Of a stretch of 64,000 bases of DNA, positions 41,636 through 51,230 are shown piece by piece. Position numbers and translations under genes: made by a program. Source of the stretch: Chitinophagales bacterium (GTDB taxonomy: Bacteria > Bacteroidota > Bacteroidia > Chitinophagales > Chitinophagaceae); assembly GCA_038251675.1 (NCBI GenBank), contig JBBSBD010000003.1, forward strand, positions 1,322 to 65,321. The letters run 5' to 3'. The notes beneath the pieces were generated by a model, which was not told where the DNA came from, did not search any database, and was given only the letters and a program-made list of their open reading frames with translations. Every line of letters begins with the position of its first letter. The first letter of the stretch is position 1.

Positions 41636-42451
41636 CTACACGGCCTCAGGTAAAATAAGCAACGGGATTTTTGTGTGAAAGATCATATTTGTTGTTTCGC
41701 TCTTTTTAAACAGTCGCTCCGTCCAATCGTGTTTGTGCGGCATCATTACCAGCATGTCGGCGTGCTGCTCCCGGATAAAGTCGCTAAGTGCAACTCTTAT
41801 ATCAGTTGCCTCCTTAACTCGAAAATAAACCTCATCACCAGTACCGGAAACTTTTTCCTTTTGCGCAGATGCCGGAATGGCAACTCTTTCATCGCTGCCA
41901 TCTTTTACAACCTTTACAACATATAGTTTTGATTTAAACAGCGTGATGATAGAAGTGAGCTGCGCCGGAACTTCATGATCAGAAACAGCAGTATCACTTG
42001 CAAACACCACCGTTTCGGGTGTAGTGTATATCGCCTCCTCAGGCACAATTATCAGCGGCAAATTTGTGTGTTTTGATAAAGACGTTGCGGTACTGCCAAA
42101 TATTTTTTTAAGATTTTTGCCAACCCCCTTCATCCCGGTGATTATGAAATCAAACTTCTTTTCATTAGCCAGTGTGATGATCGCTTCACCCGCGTCCCCT
42201 TCATCAGATATGATTTGTATGTCTTTATTACCGGGGTCAAGTTTACTGGCTTCTTCAAGTAATTTACCGTCTGTCTGCATCTTCACATCATAGCCCGATA
42301 CACTCACGCCCAGGCCTGCTGCGGGTGATGGTAACTTGTATGAATTGAATAAACAGACATTTGCTCCTATTTCTTTAGCTAGTGCTAATCCATAATAAGA
42401 AGCATTACGGGAAGCATCAGAAAAATCAGTAGCAATCAATATGGTTCTCAT
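41636..42451 (-). CDS. Universal stress protein (tandem USP domains)
   Basis: ILIATDFS, GMKG....IFGS, PLIIVP, second domain ending IPLLILP. Confidence 0.92.
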   Translation of the reverse strand: MRTILIATDFSDASRNASYYGLALAKEIGANVCLFNSYKLPSPAAGLGVSVSGYDVKMQTDGKLLEEASKLDPGNKDIQIISDEGDAGEAIITLANEKKFDFIITGMKGVGKNLKKIFGSTATSLSKHTNLPLIIVPEEAIYTTPETVVFASDTAVSDHEVPAQLTSIITLFKSKLYVVKVVKDGSDERVAIPASAQKEKVSGTGDEVYFRVKEATDIRVALSDFIREQHADMLVMMPHKHDWTERLFKKSETTNMIFHTKIPLLILPEAV

Positions 42452-42565
42452 AAAATAAATTTAGCTATCCGGAAATCTTCGAAAATGCAAAGAACCGGAA
42501 ATGTTTGCTTAATAAAAGGCTGCCTACGTTATTTATTAGTTATCAATATCACTATTCCTTTTGGG

Positions 42566-42638
42566 AGCCAACTATCGGAATCGAACCGACGACCCTTTCA
42601 TTACGAATGAAATGCTCTTCCATCTGAGCTAAGTTGGC
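42566..42638 (-). tRNA. tRNA-Thr (anticodon CGT)
   Basis: GCCAACT/AGTTGGC acceptor stem, AGCTCAGATGGAAGAGC D arm, TTTCA-TTCGTAA-TGAAA anticodon arm, GGTTCGATTCC T arm. Confidence 0.95.
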
Positions 42639-42816
42639 TTTTTTCTTGATTAGCACAAAGACCATTATAAAAAATCGTTCACTTTTATCTATAACGAAGT
42701 ACAACTTATAAAAATAATTGTTACATGCCCAAAAAATTATTGGAGTTGTTAGTATTTAGATTTTTTAATCCAGGTTCTTTCGCCGCAGTATCATTAACGG
42801 ACTCTTCAAAATGTAA

Positions 42817-42831
42817 TGGCATGCTACTTGT
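42817..42831 (+). promoter_or_regulatory. Possible sigma-54-like -24/-12 element (TGGCATGCTACTTGT) for dps
   Basis: GG-N10-GT spacing matches the GG-N10-GC consensus except the last base. Confidence 0.45.
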
Positions 42832-42877
42832 AAATATATTGATAACCTTGTTACAAACCGAGGTGTAAAACTATAAA

Positions 42878-43447
42878 ATGAGTACAAGCAAAAGAAACAA
42901 CAACAGTAAGGCTAACCCTGCTGCGAAAGCGGGAAGCAGTTATCCTTCTCCTTCAAAATTAGCAACGCCAACTGATTTAAAAAAAGAGGAAGTAAAAAAA
43001 GTAGTTGAGGCAGTAAATCCACTGATTGCGGATGCATTTGCATTATACACTAAAACAAAAAATTTTCACTGGCACCTTTCCGGATCACATTTCAGGGATT
43101 ATCATTTACTCTTTGATGAGCAGGCAGAGGCCATCTTTGACACGATAGATATACTTGCAGAAAGGATACGGAGAATTGGTGGCACTACCATCCGCAGTAT
43201 TACACATATCAGTTCATTGCAAACTATTAGCGATAATAACGACGATTTTGTTTCACCTGACCAAATGATTGCAGAATTATTAAGCGACAACAAGCACATC
43301 GCAAAAAACATACGTGCCGCCATAAAAACCACAGAAGATAATAATGACAGCCCTACCAGTAATATCTTACAGGAAATACTCGACGGCACCGAGAGAAGAA
43401 TATGGTTTTTGTTTGAAGTAAGCCAGGGTGGAAAAAACGAAATGTAA
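42878..43447 (+). CDS. dps: Dps / DNA starvation protection protein
   Basis: KTKNFHWH..G.HFRDYHLLFDEQ, D.LAERIR.IGG, RIWFL. Confidence 0.93.
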   Translation: MSTSKRNNNSKANPAAKAGSSYPSPSKLATPTDLKKEEVKKVVEAVNPLIADAFALYTKTKNFHWHLSGSHFRDYHLLFDEQAEAIFDTIDILAERIRRIGGTTIRSITHISSLQTISDNNDDFVSPDQMIAELLSDNKHIAKNIRAAIKTTEDNNDSPTSNILQEILDGTERRIWFLFEVSQGGKNEM

Positions 43448-43460
43448 AATAAATTATAGC

Positions 43461-43495
43461 AAATAAATGCCCCTTCAGCCGGGGCATTTGTATTT
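43461..43495. terminator. Bidirectional terminator
   Basis: AAATGCCCC...GGGGCATTT between convergent genes. Confidence 0.65.
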
Positions 43496-43622
43496 ATACG
43501 AGGTTTTGCCCAAGCTCCGGTGCAATTATCTTATGCAAACCTTAAAGATATTTTTCTATTAAAGATTTTCAAACCTGCGCCAACAAAAAAATATACCTGA
43601 TCCAAAGGAGAGATTTTTCCGA

Positions 43623-44288
43623 TTATCTCATCATAATCTCTTCCAGTGATATTTCCAGCAAGCAATTAAATTCTCTTGCAAAATCAACTGAGACGCGGGC
43701 ATGTACTGCACCTTGCCTATCCAGGAAACGCTGCGTACCACTCATTGCAAAGACACCTTCATGCCATATATCCGCGTGAATGTATAAACCCTGTGAGCCA
43801 TCGCATAAAAAGCATATAAAGTCTGCGGGCTTTATGTCATCACCAGGTAACGCAACGGGTACAAGGAATGGTTTCTTTTCTAATGGAAAAAAAAGCTGGC
43901 CACCATCCGGATGATAATTACAGTGCCACAGCAATATTCTCTCCGGCGGGTTGTTATGCGCATCGTTTGCCTCCTCGGGAGGCGTGTTGTATCCAAGAAC
44001 ATAGTTGCCACCTACGGCCTCGTTGCTCCCGTATAAAATATCTCCTTTCCACTGGCTGTAAAATACACCTTCTTTTACGCCGCCTTCATCGCCGCTGTCA
44101 GTATCCACCTGCCGCCAACCTTTTGCAGGCCACCTGGTTATTTCGATCTTAAAATCATCCGGATCATCCACCAGGCAACCATATCCCTTTACAGATTTCG
44201 CAGTTGCTCTTATTACGGGAATTTTTACATGTGCCAAGCCGGCGGGCAAGAGTGGATTCATATAATCAGGCGCGGTGCCACTATGCAT
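43623..44288 (-). CDS. Ureidoglycolate lyase-like cupin protein
   Basis: NYHPDGGQLFFP, GLYIH..IWH, GAVH; cupin-like His pattern; family call is tentative. Confidence 0.6.
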   Translation of the reverse strand: MHSGTAPDYMNPLLPAGLAHVKIPVIRATAKSVKGYGCLVDDPDDFKIEITRWPAKGWRQVDTDSGDEGGVKEGVFYSQWKGDILYGSNEAVGGNYVLGYNTPPEEANDAHNNPPERILLWHCNYHPDGGQLFFPLEKKPFLVPVALPGDDIKPADFICFLCDGSQGLYIHADIWHEGVFAMSGTQRFLDRQGAVHARVSVDFAREFNCLLEISLEEIMMR

Positions 44289-44607
44289 ATTTGCTTGTTT
44301 ATTTTTCAGTTTTAATTACGGGTTGTCAAATAAGTACAAAGTATATCCCGGGAAGGTGTAAATGTACAAATCTTGTAAAAACCCTCGCAAATTCTGGCTA
44401 CATAAGATTGACTTATGTATCCACTTTTGTATTTTACCCTGCAAAACGTATACTCTGCAACCCGGTTAAAACAATTACCGGAGAAATTAATAATTTTCTG
44501 ATATTCCTTCTTTATATCATTTACCTTTAGCAAACGCATTTGTTCTATACCCCCAATTCTTCAGGAACAGTCTGCGACAATATTCTTTTAACCCCCCCAT
44601 AAAACCA

Positions 44608-45672
44608 ATGAACCATACCGGCACACCCCCTTTTTCATGCACCTTTACGCCTGGCCTTGCAACAATATTGAATCAACTGTCCTGTTCACTAGCTATTACA
44701 ACGTACCAGGCGGGTAAGCTAATTTTTTTAAGTGCTGATGAAAAAGGTGGCGTCCGGCAATTGCCTCGAGATTTTAAACGCGCTATGGGGCTGGCTATAG
44801 AAGGCAACAGGATGGCTATTGCAACGGAGGACGAAGTGGTGGTATTGTCGAATGCTCCCGCATTGGCTGCTGCATACCCCAATAAGCCTGCGTTTTATGA
44901 TCAGTTTTATGTGCCCCGTGCCTGCTATTATACCGGTGCCATTGATCTGCATGATATAGGCTGGGACAGGCAAGGCCGCCTCTGGGTTGTCAATACGCTG
45001 TTCTCGTGTTTATGCGTGCTAAGCGATCAATTCAGTTTTGTACCGCAATGGACACCCCCCTTTATTAATAAGTTTACATCAGAAGACTATTGTCATCTCA
45101 ATGGAATGGCAATGGTTGACGGTACTCCGCGCTATGTCACCATGTTTGGAAAAAGCAATACTTCGAAAGGATGGAGGGATGGAATAGAATCAGGTGGCCT
45201 TATAATAGATGTAGTTAGTAATACAGTAGTTTCTTCCGGGCTACCGATGCCCCATTCTCCCCGCTGGATCCGCAATGAATTATATTGTCTGCTGTCGGCC
45301 ACCGGTGAACTTGTTAGAATCAATACAAGCAATGGATCGTACGATATTGTAAGCCATCACAATGGCTTTGTAAGGGGATTGGCTTCGTATGGTGATTACG
45401 TGTTTGTAGGCCTTTCAAAAAACAGGGAAAAAACATCCGTGGAACGACAGTTGCCTGTCGCCGAAAAATCGATGGAGTGTGGAGTAGATGTTGTTCACCT
45501 TGCAACCGGGGCAATTACCGGGTCGGTAAGGTACCTTAACAGCACTGAAGAAGTCTATGATGTACAGGTCTTGCCATTTGCAAAACGGCCAGGTATTTTA
45601 AATCATACAACTTCTACTCACCGGAAGGCATTGCATACCCCTGCCGGATGTTTCTGGGCTGAAGAAAAATAA
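44608..45672 (+). CDS. TIGR03032/DUF4915-like beta-propeller protein
   Basis: TTYQAGKL, YYTG.ID.HD, VNTLFSCL, D.CHLNG.A, GLPMPHSPRW, GF.RGL, EE.YDVQVLP. Confidence 0.85.
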   Translation: MNHTGTPPFSCTFTPGLATILNQLSCSLAITTYQAGKLIFLSADEKGGVRQLPRDFKRAMGLAIEGNRMAIATEDEVVVLSNAPALAAAYPNKPAFYDQFYVPRACYYTGAIDLHDIGWDRQGRLWVVNTLFSCLCVLSDQFSFVPQWTPPFINKFTSEDYCHLNGMAMVDGTPRYVTMFGKSNTSKGWRDGIESGGLIIDVVSNTVVSSGLPMPHSPRWIRNELYCLLSATGELVRINTSNGSYDIVSHHNGFVRGLASYGDYVFVGLSKNREKTSVERQLPVAEKSMECGVDVVHLATGAITGSVRYLNSTEEVYDVQVLPFAKRPGILNHTTSTHRKALHTPAGCFWAEEK

Positions 45673-45729
45673 TTATAGCTAAATCAATACGAATAATATC
45701 TAAAACCTTCACCATTGAAAATCTGAATT

Positions 45730-47346
45730 ATGAAAAAACAACATCAACTTTATGTATCAGAATTAAAAGAAAAGTTTTACAAAACGCAAATACGGCTGGA
45801 AAACGCCGTTGTCTCCGGCCGGTTTAGTAAAATGAGCCAGACTGAGAAGCAGGAACTGTTTCGGCGCCTTCAACGATACGCAAGAAAATTAGGCGTCGCA
45901 ATAAAACCAGTACTTATTACGGCAATGGTGTCCGCCGGGCTCTTCCTGAGTAGCAGCTTACAGGCGCAAACTTTTGTAGAAAAAACCGGCGTAAATAATC
46001 CATTGAATGGAAAAACAGTTGCCAATATTTCAATGCCTGCCTTTGTTGATATTGATAATGATGGAGATAAAGATTTGTATGCGGGACAGTATTATGCCAA
46101 TATGATGAAATTCATTAATACCGGTTCCGCGTCAATACCCACATTTGGCAGTGGTGCCCAGTTTTCTTATTACGCGATATTTAGGGCAGCGCCTGCTTTT
46201 GTTGATATTGATAATGATGGCGACCAGGATTTATTTGTAGGCAATGATGGAGGGAGTATAGAATTTTATCCAAACACAGGGACCGCGGGTGCGCCCTCCT
46301 TTCCTTATTACCCTGTTGATGTAGCTCCTTTGGGAGGGTATATCAATCCTCTTGCGGGTATCGACGTTGGATCTTATGCTGCCCCGTTTTTTGTGGATAT
46401 TGATAATGATGGCGATAAAGATCTCTTTATAGGAAACAGCGCAGGCACCATATCTTTCTATAAAAATACAGGCACTGCAACCGCACCGGTTTTTGCTTTA
46501 CAAACCGGAGTCAGTAATCCGTTCAATGGATTAACAGCAGGATCAGGCGCTGCAACTCCTGCCTTTGGAGACTTAGATAAAGATGGAGATTTTGATGCCG
46601 TTGTGGGAAGTTATGATGGAACATTTTATTATTTTATGAATACAGGGTCAGCCACGTCTCCTGTATATACTGCCATAACGGGAACCAGCAATCCATTTAA
46701 TGGCCTGGTGGTGTCAGGTGGCTATTCATCTCCGGCTTTGACAGATATTGATAACGATGGCGATCTTGATATGTTTTCGGGTAATTATGCAGGTGGGTTT
46801 CAGTTTTTTCAAAATACATCCCCGGCACTTCCCGTACAATTACTAAGTTTCGCAGCCCGGCAGTATAGTAATAAGCAGGTGATGCTCACATGGTCAACAG
46901 CTACTGAGCAAAACTCCAAAGAATTTGGAGTACAACGTAGTAAGGATGGTGTAATCTGGAAGGAAATCGGAGTAGTATCTGCCGCCGGCAACAGCAGCAA
47001 TACCATGAATTACTCGTTCGTTGACCAATCGCCTGTATCCGGTGTAAATTATTACCTGTTGATGCAGCATGATCTGGATGGCAAAATTGTTTCAAGCGCC
47101 ATAAGATCGATAAAACTGGGGAGTGTCCAAAAAGGATTTGTAATTATTTCAAACCCGGTGCATGATGGCAGTTTGCAGGTACAGGTACGGAACAACATCA
47201 CTCTTGGAATATATAACGGTAACGGTCAACTTCTTTTCAAAAGACAATTTACACCAGGTAGTAATTCATTGAATACTGCCAATTATCCGAAAGGCATATA
47301 TTTTCTGAAAGGATCGGGGCAAACCGAAAAGTTCCTTATTCAATAA
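45730..47346 (+). CDS. FG-GAP/VCBS-repeat protein with T9SS type A C-terminal sorting domain
   Basis: Five P.F.DID.DGD.D-type repeats; LPVQLLSF..W.TATEQN Ig domain; NPV...KGIYFLK...EKFLIQ CTD. Confidence 0.9.
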   Translation: MKKQHQLYVSELKEKFYKTQIRLENAVVSGRFSKMSQTEKQELFRRLQRYARKLGVAIKPVLITAMVSAGLFLSSSLQAQTFVEKTGVNNPLNGKTVANISMPAFVDIDNDGDKDLYAGQYYANMMKFINTGSASIPTFGSGAQFSYYAIFRAAPAFVDIDNDGDQDLFVGNDGGSIEFYPNTGTAGAPSFPYYPVDVAPLGGYINPLAGIDVGSYAAPFFVDIDNDGDKDLFIGNSAGTISFYKNTGTATAPVFALQTGVSNPFNGLTAGSGAATPAFGDLDKDGDFDAVVGSYDGTFYYFMNTGSATSPVYTAITGTSNPFNGLVVSGGYSSPALTDIDNDGDLDMFSGNYAGGFQFFQNTSPALPVQLLSFAARQYSNKQVMLTWSTATEQNSKEFGVQRSKDGVIWKEIGVVSAAGNSSNTMNYSFVDQSPVSGVNYYLLMQHDLDGKIVSSAIRSIKLGSVQKGFVIISNPVHDGSLQVQVRNNITLGIYNGNGQLLFKRQFTPGSNSLNTANYPKGIYFLKGSGQTEKFLIQ

Positions 47347-47359
47347 TTTAAGTTTTCAA

Positions 47360-47387
47360 AAGTGCATTATCTGCTGATAATGCACTT
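47360..47387 (+). terminator. Perfect 12-bp hairpin after the T9SS cargo gene
   Basis: AAGTGCATTATC-tgct-GATAATGCACTT; no strong U tract. Confidence 0.55.
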
Positions 47388-47866
47388 CAAGATAAATACG
47401 GACTCGTAATAAAGGACGTTCTACTTCTTCATGTTCACACAAGACTTAGCCGTCTTGAACCGGGTTTAAAAGATGCAACATTGATTAATGTACAGGCCAA
47501 TACAGTGGGTGCTAAAATGCCGCTGGCAAACTTAATAAAAGAAGAATACCAACAATTATTTGATAATGTTTATGCAGATTATGACTGGGCGGCTTTAGCG
47601 TTGAGTGTGAAATAAAGAGACCACAGATGTTTGTTGAGGCCACATGAAGGCGTTATTTTACTGATTTAAAGATTGGCAAATCATAAATGCAATAGCTGCT
47701 ACTAAATGGAATTTTGTTTTTCCTGCCGGCAACGACTTTTATTTATAAGTGGTTTCCTGGCAGATGTTGTTCCAAAAAGCATGTAAAAAAAATTGCTTTA
47801 ATTAAATTTCTCAAAAAAACTAAACTATCGCTACATTAGCGTTTTACTCACGTCATCTATATTTCA

Positions 47867-48784
47867 ATGAATACATCCCGCCGCAAATTTATTATCAACA
47901 GCTCTGTAGCTTTAGCAGGAACGGCATTATTGCCAAATGCTATTTTTAATACCCGGAAAATAGCCGATCATATTTTGGGTATTCAGTTATATACCGTGAG
48001 AGACGACATGGAGAAAGATCCTGGCGGCACTGTTACCAGGCTTAAAGAAATGGGATATACCCATATTGAACATGCGGGTTATGAAAACAGGAATTTTTAT
48101 GGATACCCTGTAGGAGATACCAAATCGTTCCTTGACGACCTGGGAATGATCATGTTAAGCGGCCATAGTTTCCTTGGGGCAAAGCAGTGGGACAAGAGTA
48201 AAAATGATTTTACAGATGATTGGAAATATACGATAGAAGATGCGGCAGCGGTGGGAATGCAATATGTAATAAGCCCGGGCCTTGATGAAGATCTTTGCAA
48301 AACTGCGGATGATTTTAAATGGTATATGGAATTATTCAATAAGTGTGGTGAGTTATGCAAAAAATCAGGAATCACTTTTGCCTATCATAACGAGAGTTAT
48401 GAATTCAACCATAAGCTCGACAATACGGTTTTGTATGATCTTGTTCTTGCAATGACTGATAAGTCACTAGTGGCTCAGCAGATCGATATCGGTAACATGT
48501 ACGAGCCAGGTGGCAGGGCCATGGATTACCTGAAACGTTATCCGGGAAGATTCACTTTGATGCATGTGAAAGACGAAATGAAAAAAAATCCGGGCGATCA
48601 AAAAGAAGGAGTCTATGAAAGTACCATCCTGGGCAAAGGTGAGGTTAATGTAAAAAAAGTAATCGATTTTGCATTGCAGTCTGGTACCACCCAATTTATA
48701 GTGGAGCAGGAGTCGTACCAGGGCAAGCCGACAATTGACTGTGCAGATGAAGATTTAAAAATCATGAAGGGTTGGGGATATTAG
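47867..48784 (+). CDS. Tat-exported sugar phosphate isomerase/epimerase (TIM barrel)
   Basis: SRRKFI Tat motif; GIQLYTVR, YHNE, D.GN, HVKD, VEQE. Confidence 0.88.
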   Translation: MNTSRRKFIINSSVALAGTALLPNAIFNTRKIADHILGIQLYTVRDDMEKDPGGTVTRLKEMGYTHIEHAGYENRNFYGYPVGDTKSFLDDLGMIMLSGHSFLGAKQWDKSKNDFTDDWKYTIEDAAAVGMQYVISPGLDEDLCKTADDFKWYMELFNKCGELCKKSGITFAYHNESYEFNHKLDNTVLYDLVLAMTDKSLVAQQIDIGNMYEPGGRAMDYLKRYPGRFTLMHVKDEMKKNPGDQKEGVYESTILGKGEVNVKKVIDFALQSGTTQFIVEQESYQGKPTIDCADEDLKIMKGWGY

Positions 48785-48830
48785 AAAGGTAAAGCAGCTT
48801 CGTAAAAGGTTCGATTGTAGGCAGGCTTGA

Positions 48831-49646
48831 CTACCTTACTCCCTTCTTTTTCAGGTAATCAATTAGCTCTTTGGGATGGTCGGTTTGTAAACCCCTGAAT
48901 CCCATTTCCACCGCTTTATCCCAGTTAGCAGCTTCGATAGCGCTTTGTATATCCGGCCAAACTTTTTTGCCTTCCTTATTGGCATAAGTCACCATACCGG
49001 CAGTGTAATCGCTGTAATCTCCATCTAATAGTTCAAGGGGGTATTTATCAAGAAGTGCCTTCAATTCATCTTCATTTTTTACATCTCCGGGTAAACTTAA
49101 CATGACCGGCATTGATGGCACCAGCCTTCTCCATTCCTGGTATTGGAAGGGGCTATTTATATATACTATTACCTGGTGCTCCATGCCATATTGCTTTATC
49201 ATTTTATAGCACCGTTCGACAGACGCATTTTTAAAATCCAGGTATATGTGTATTCTGTTCCTGCATGTTTTCAGTACCTCTTCAAAGGTTGGTATTTGAT
49301 ATTCTTTCCCGGAGCCGCTTTTCTTATCTATAACTTTTAATTCGTTCATCTCCTTTAAGGTAAGGTCACTTACCGATCCCTTTCCGTTGGTCATCCTGTC
49401 CACGGTAGCATCGTGCATTATGACCAACACGCTGTCTTTAGTTGTTCGCAGATCTATCTCAACATAATCCACGCCATGTTTTATACCCTGTTCAAAAGCT
49501 GCAATAGTATTTTCAGGAACATCAACATGGTCGCCACGATGCGCAATAACAATAAAATGATGTTTGCTTACCGGTATGGTTGCATTTTGAGCCTCAACCC
49601 GCGTAGCACACACAAATAAAAAAACAGTTGCAATTATTTTTTTCAT
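48831..49646 (-). CDS. Glycerophosphodiester phosphodiesterase family protein (secreted)
   Basis: IAHRG, PENT, EIDLR.TKD, HD.TVDR.T, QTDHP. Confidence 0.93.
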   Translation of the reverse strand: MKKIIATVFLFVCATRVEAQNATIPVSKHHFIVIAHRGDHVDVPENTIAAFEQGIKHGVDYVEIDLRTTKDSVLVIMHDATVDRMTNGKGSVSDLTLKEMNELKVIDKKSGSGKEYQIPTFEEVLKTCRNRIHIYLDFKNASVERCYKMIKQYGMEHQVIVYINSPFQYQEWRRLVPSMPVMLSLPGDVKNEDELKALLDKYPLELLDGDYSDYTAGMVTYANKEGKKVWPDIQSAIEAANWDKAVEMGFRGLQTDHPKELIDYLKKKGVR

Positions 49647-49777
49647 ATTAGTTATTCGATCAATCTACAAGAACCAAAGTTTTAAACCTTTTAACCCGGT
49701 TTTGTTCCATCGACCCCCTTCCCATAAAGCACTCCATTGATATAGATACACGGCGCTATATGTTCATGTTTTATATT

Positions 49778-51208
49778 TTATGTAAACAATTCCATTTCCG
49801 CTTTACCCAACCCATCGGGTGTTGTATAGAAGGGCCTTTTTTCGACGACGTAGTGGCAATCTTCTGCAATGCCCAATGCATGATAAATAGTCTGGTGTAC
49901 CTGGTCTATTACGATAGGTTTTTCAATGGTCTTGCAGGGGCGCTCATCGGCTGTTTTACCATAGACATTTCCTTTTTTAATTCCTCCTCCAAACATTAGC
50001 ATAGAAACACCGTCAGTGAAGTGACGATGCATTCCATAATATTTGATATCGTTAATAATATCCGGCTGCTCTACCTGTTCCTTCACTTTTAGGCCAGGAC
50101 GTCCTTCGACCATCATATCCCTGCTAAATTCACTGGCTAATATCACTAAAGTCCGATCCAGGCGACCCGTTTTGTCAAGGTCTTTTATTAATTGAGAAAC
50201 AGGGCCATTGATCTGTTTCTTCATATCAATCATCCTCGTATACCCGTTATCGTGGGTATCCCAGTTTTTAAAAGGTTCATATTCGGTAGTAACACTAATA
50301 AACCGTGCACCCTTTTCCGTTAGCCGACGGGCCATCAGGCAACCTAAACCAAACTTACCGGTATTGTAGATATCATAACTCTCCTTTGGTTCCTTACTAA
50401 TATCAAATGCTGCAGCCTCGGGAGATCGTAAAAGCATATAGGCCTGCTCCATGGATCTTCTCAGCGATTCTTTCTGGTAATCACTTCCAAACTCACCAAC
50501 AGCGCTTTTACTCATCAGGTTGTTGTACAACTGATTTCTTCTTTCGAACCTCATTGAAGACATACCCACAGGAGGTTTAACGGTTTCCAACCCGGAAGAA
50601 GGATCAGGCACCAGGAAAGGGCCATATTCATTTCCTAAAAATCCGGCGGTATGAAATGCTTTTAATTCTTCACCCTCTCCCAACGTAAACCTCTGTCCGA
50701 TGTCGATAAAAGCCGGTATAACGGGGTTCATCGGGCCGAGTTCTTTAGATATCCAAGAACCAATATGAGGCGCCGAAACAGACTGAGGTGGTTTGTAGCA
50801 GGTATGCCAATGATATTGATGTCGCGAATGCAAAATAAATCCCATATCTGCGGCAACGTAAGAACGGATAACCGTCCCCTTATTCAGCACACCACCGATA
50901 GCCTCCAGCCCTTCAGAAAAGAAAACACCATCCAGCGCAGTAGGTACCTGCTTAAAGGTGCTCAACACACTATTCGCTTCCATTCCTTTAGTATAGGGCG
51001 TATATTTTTTTGGATCAAATGTATCAGTATGCGCCATTCCCCCGGCCATCCAGAGTAAGATAACCGTATCAGCCTTCGACTCTATTTTTTTCTTGTTGCA
51101 GGATGCCAGGAAAGTTGTCATAGGAACACCTGCAGCAAGTGCGGCCATGGTAGCGGCGCTGGTGGTTTTTAAGAATTTCCTTCGGTTCCAATGGTTATTC
51201 ATATTCAA
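49778..51208 (-). CDS. DUF1501 family Tat-exported protein
   Basis: NRRKFLK Tat motif; LWMAGG..HTDTFDPK, GCLMARRL.E.G.RF, WDTH, SEFSR, GGGIK.G..YG.T. Confidence 0.88.
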   Translation of the reverse strand: MNMNNHWNRRKFLKTTSAATMAALAAGVPMTTFLASCNKKKIESKADTVILLWMAGGMAHTDTFDPKKYTPYTKGMEANSVLSTFKQVPTALDGVFFSEGLEAIGGVLNKGTVIRSYVAADMGFILHSRHQYHWHTCYKPPQSVSAPHIGSWISKELGPMNPVIPAFIDIGQRFTLGEGEELKAFHTAGFLGNEYGPFLVPDPSSGLETVKPPVGMSSMRFERRNQLYNNLMSKSAVGEFGSDYQKESLRRSMEQAYMLLRSPEAAAFDISKEPKESYDIYNTGKFGLGCLMARRLTEKGARFISVTTEYEPFKNWDTHDNGYTRMIDMKKQINGPVSQLIKDLDKTGRLDRTLVILASEFSRDMMVEGRPGLKVKEQVEQPDIINDIKYYGMHRHFTDGVSMLMFGGGIKKGNVYGKTADERPCKTIEKPIVIDQVHQTIYHALGIAEDCHYVVEKRPFYTTPDGLGKAEMELFT

Positions 51209-51230
51209 TAATTATTATAAGGATTTGGCT

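Noticed and set aside
42566-42638. tRNA-Thr as an island integration site
   Set aside because: I found no duplicated tRNA 3' end and no integrase in the window; the downstream genes are USP and the cco cluster.
44204-44539. ORFs 44204-44530 (+) and 44312-44539 (-)
   Set aside because: They span a divergent promoter region, overlap each other and have no protein-like motifs.
46030-46780. Recurrent GATATTGATAATGATGG DNA repeats, superficially CRISPR-like
   Set aside because: They encode the DIDNDG of FG-GAP repeats inside a CDS, are irregularly and widely spaced, and no cas genes are present.
49650-49775. Trp/Gly-rich short frames between DUF1501 and GDPD
   Set aside because: Under 30 codons, with no convincing start or family resemblance.
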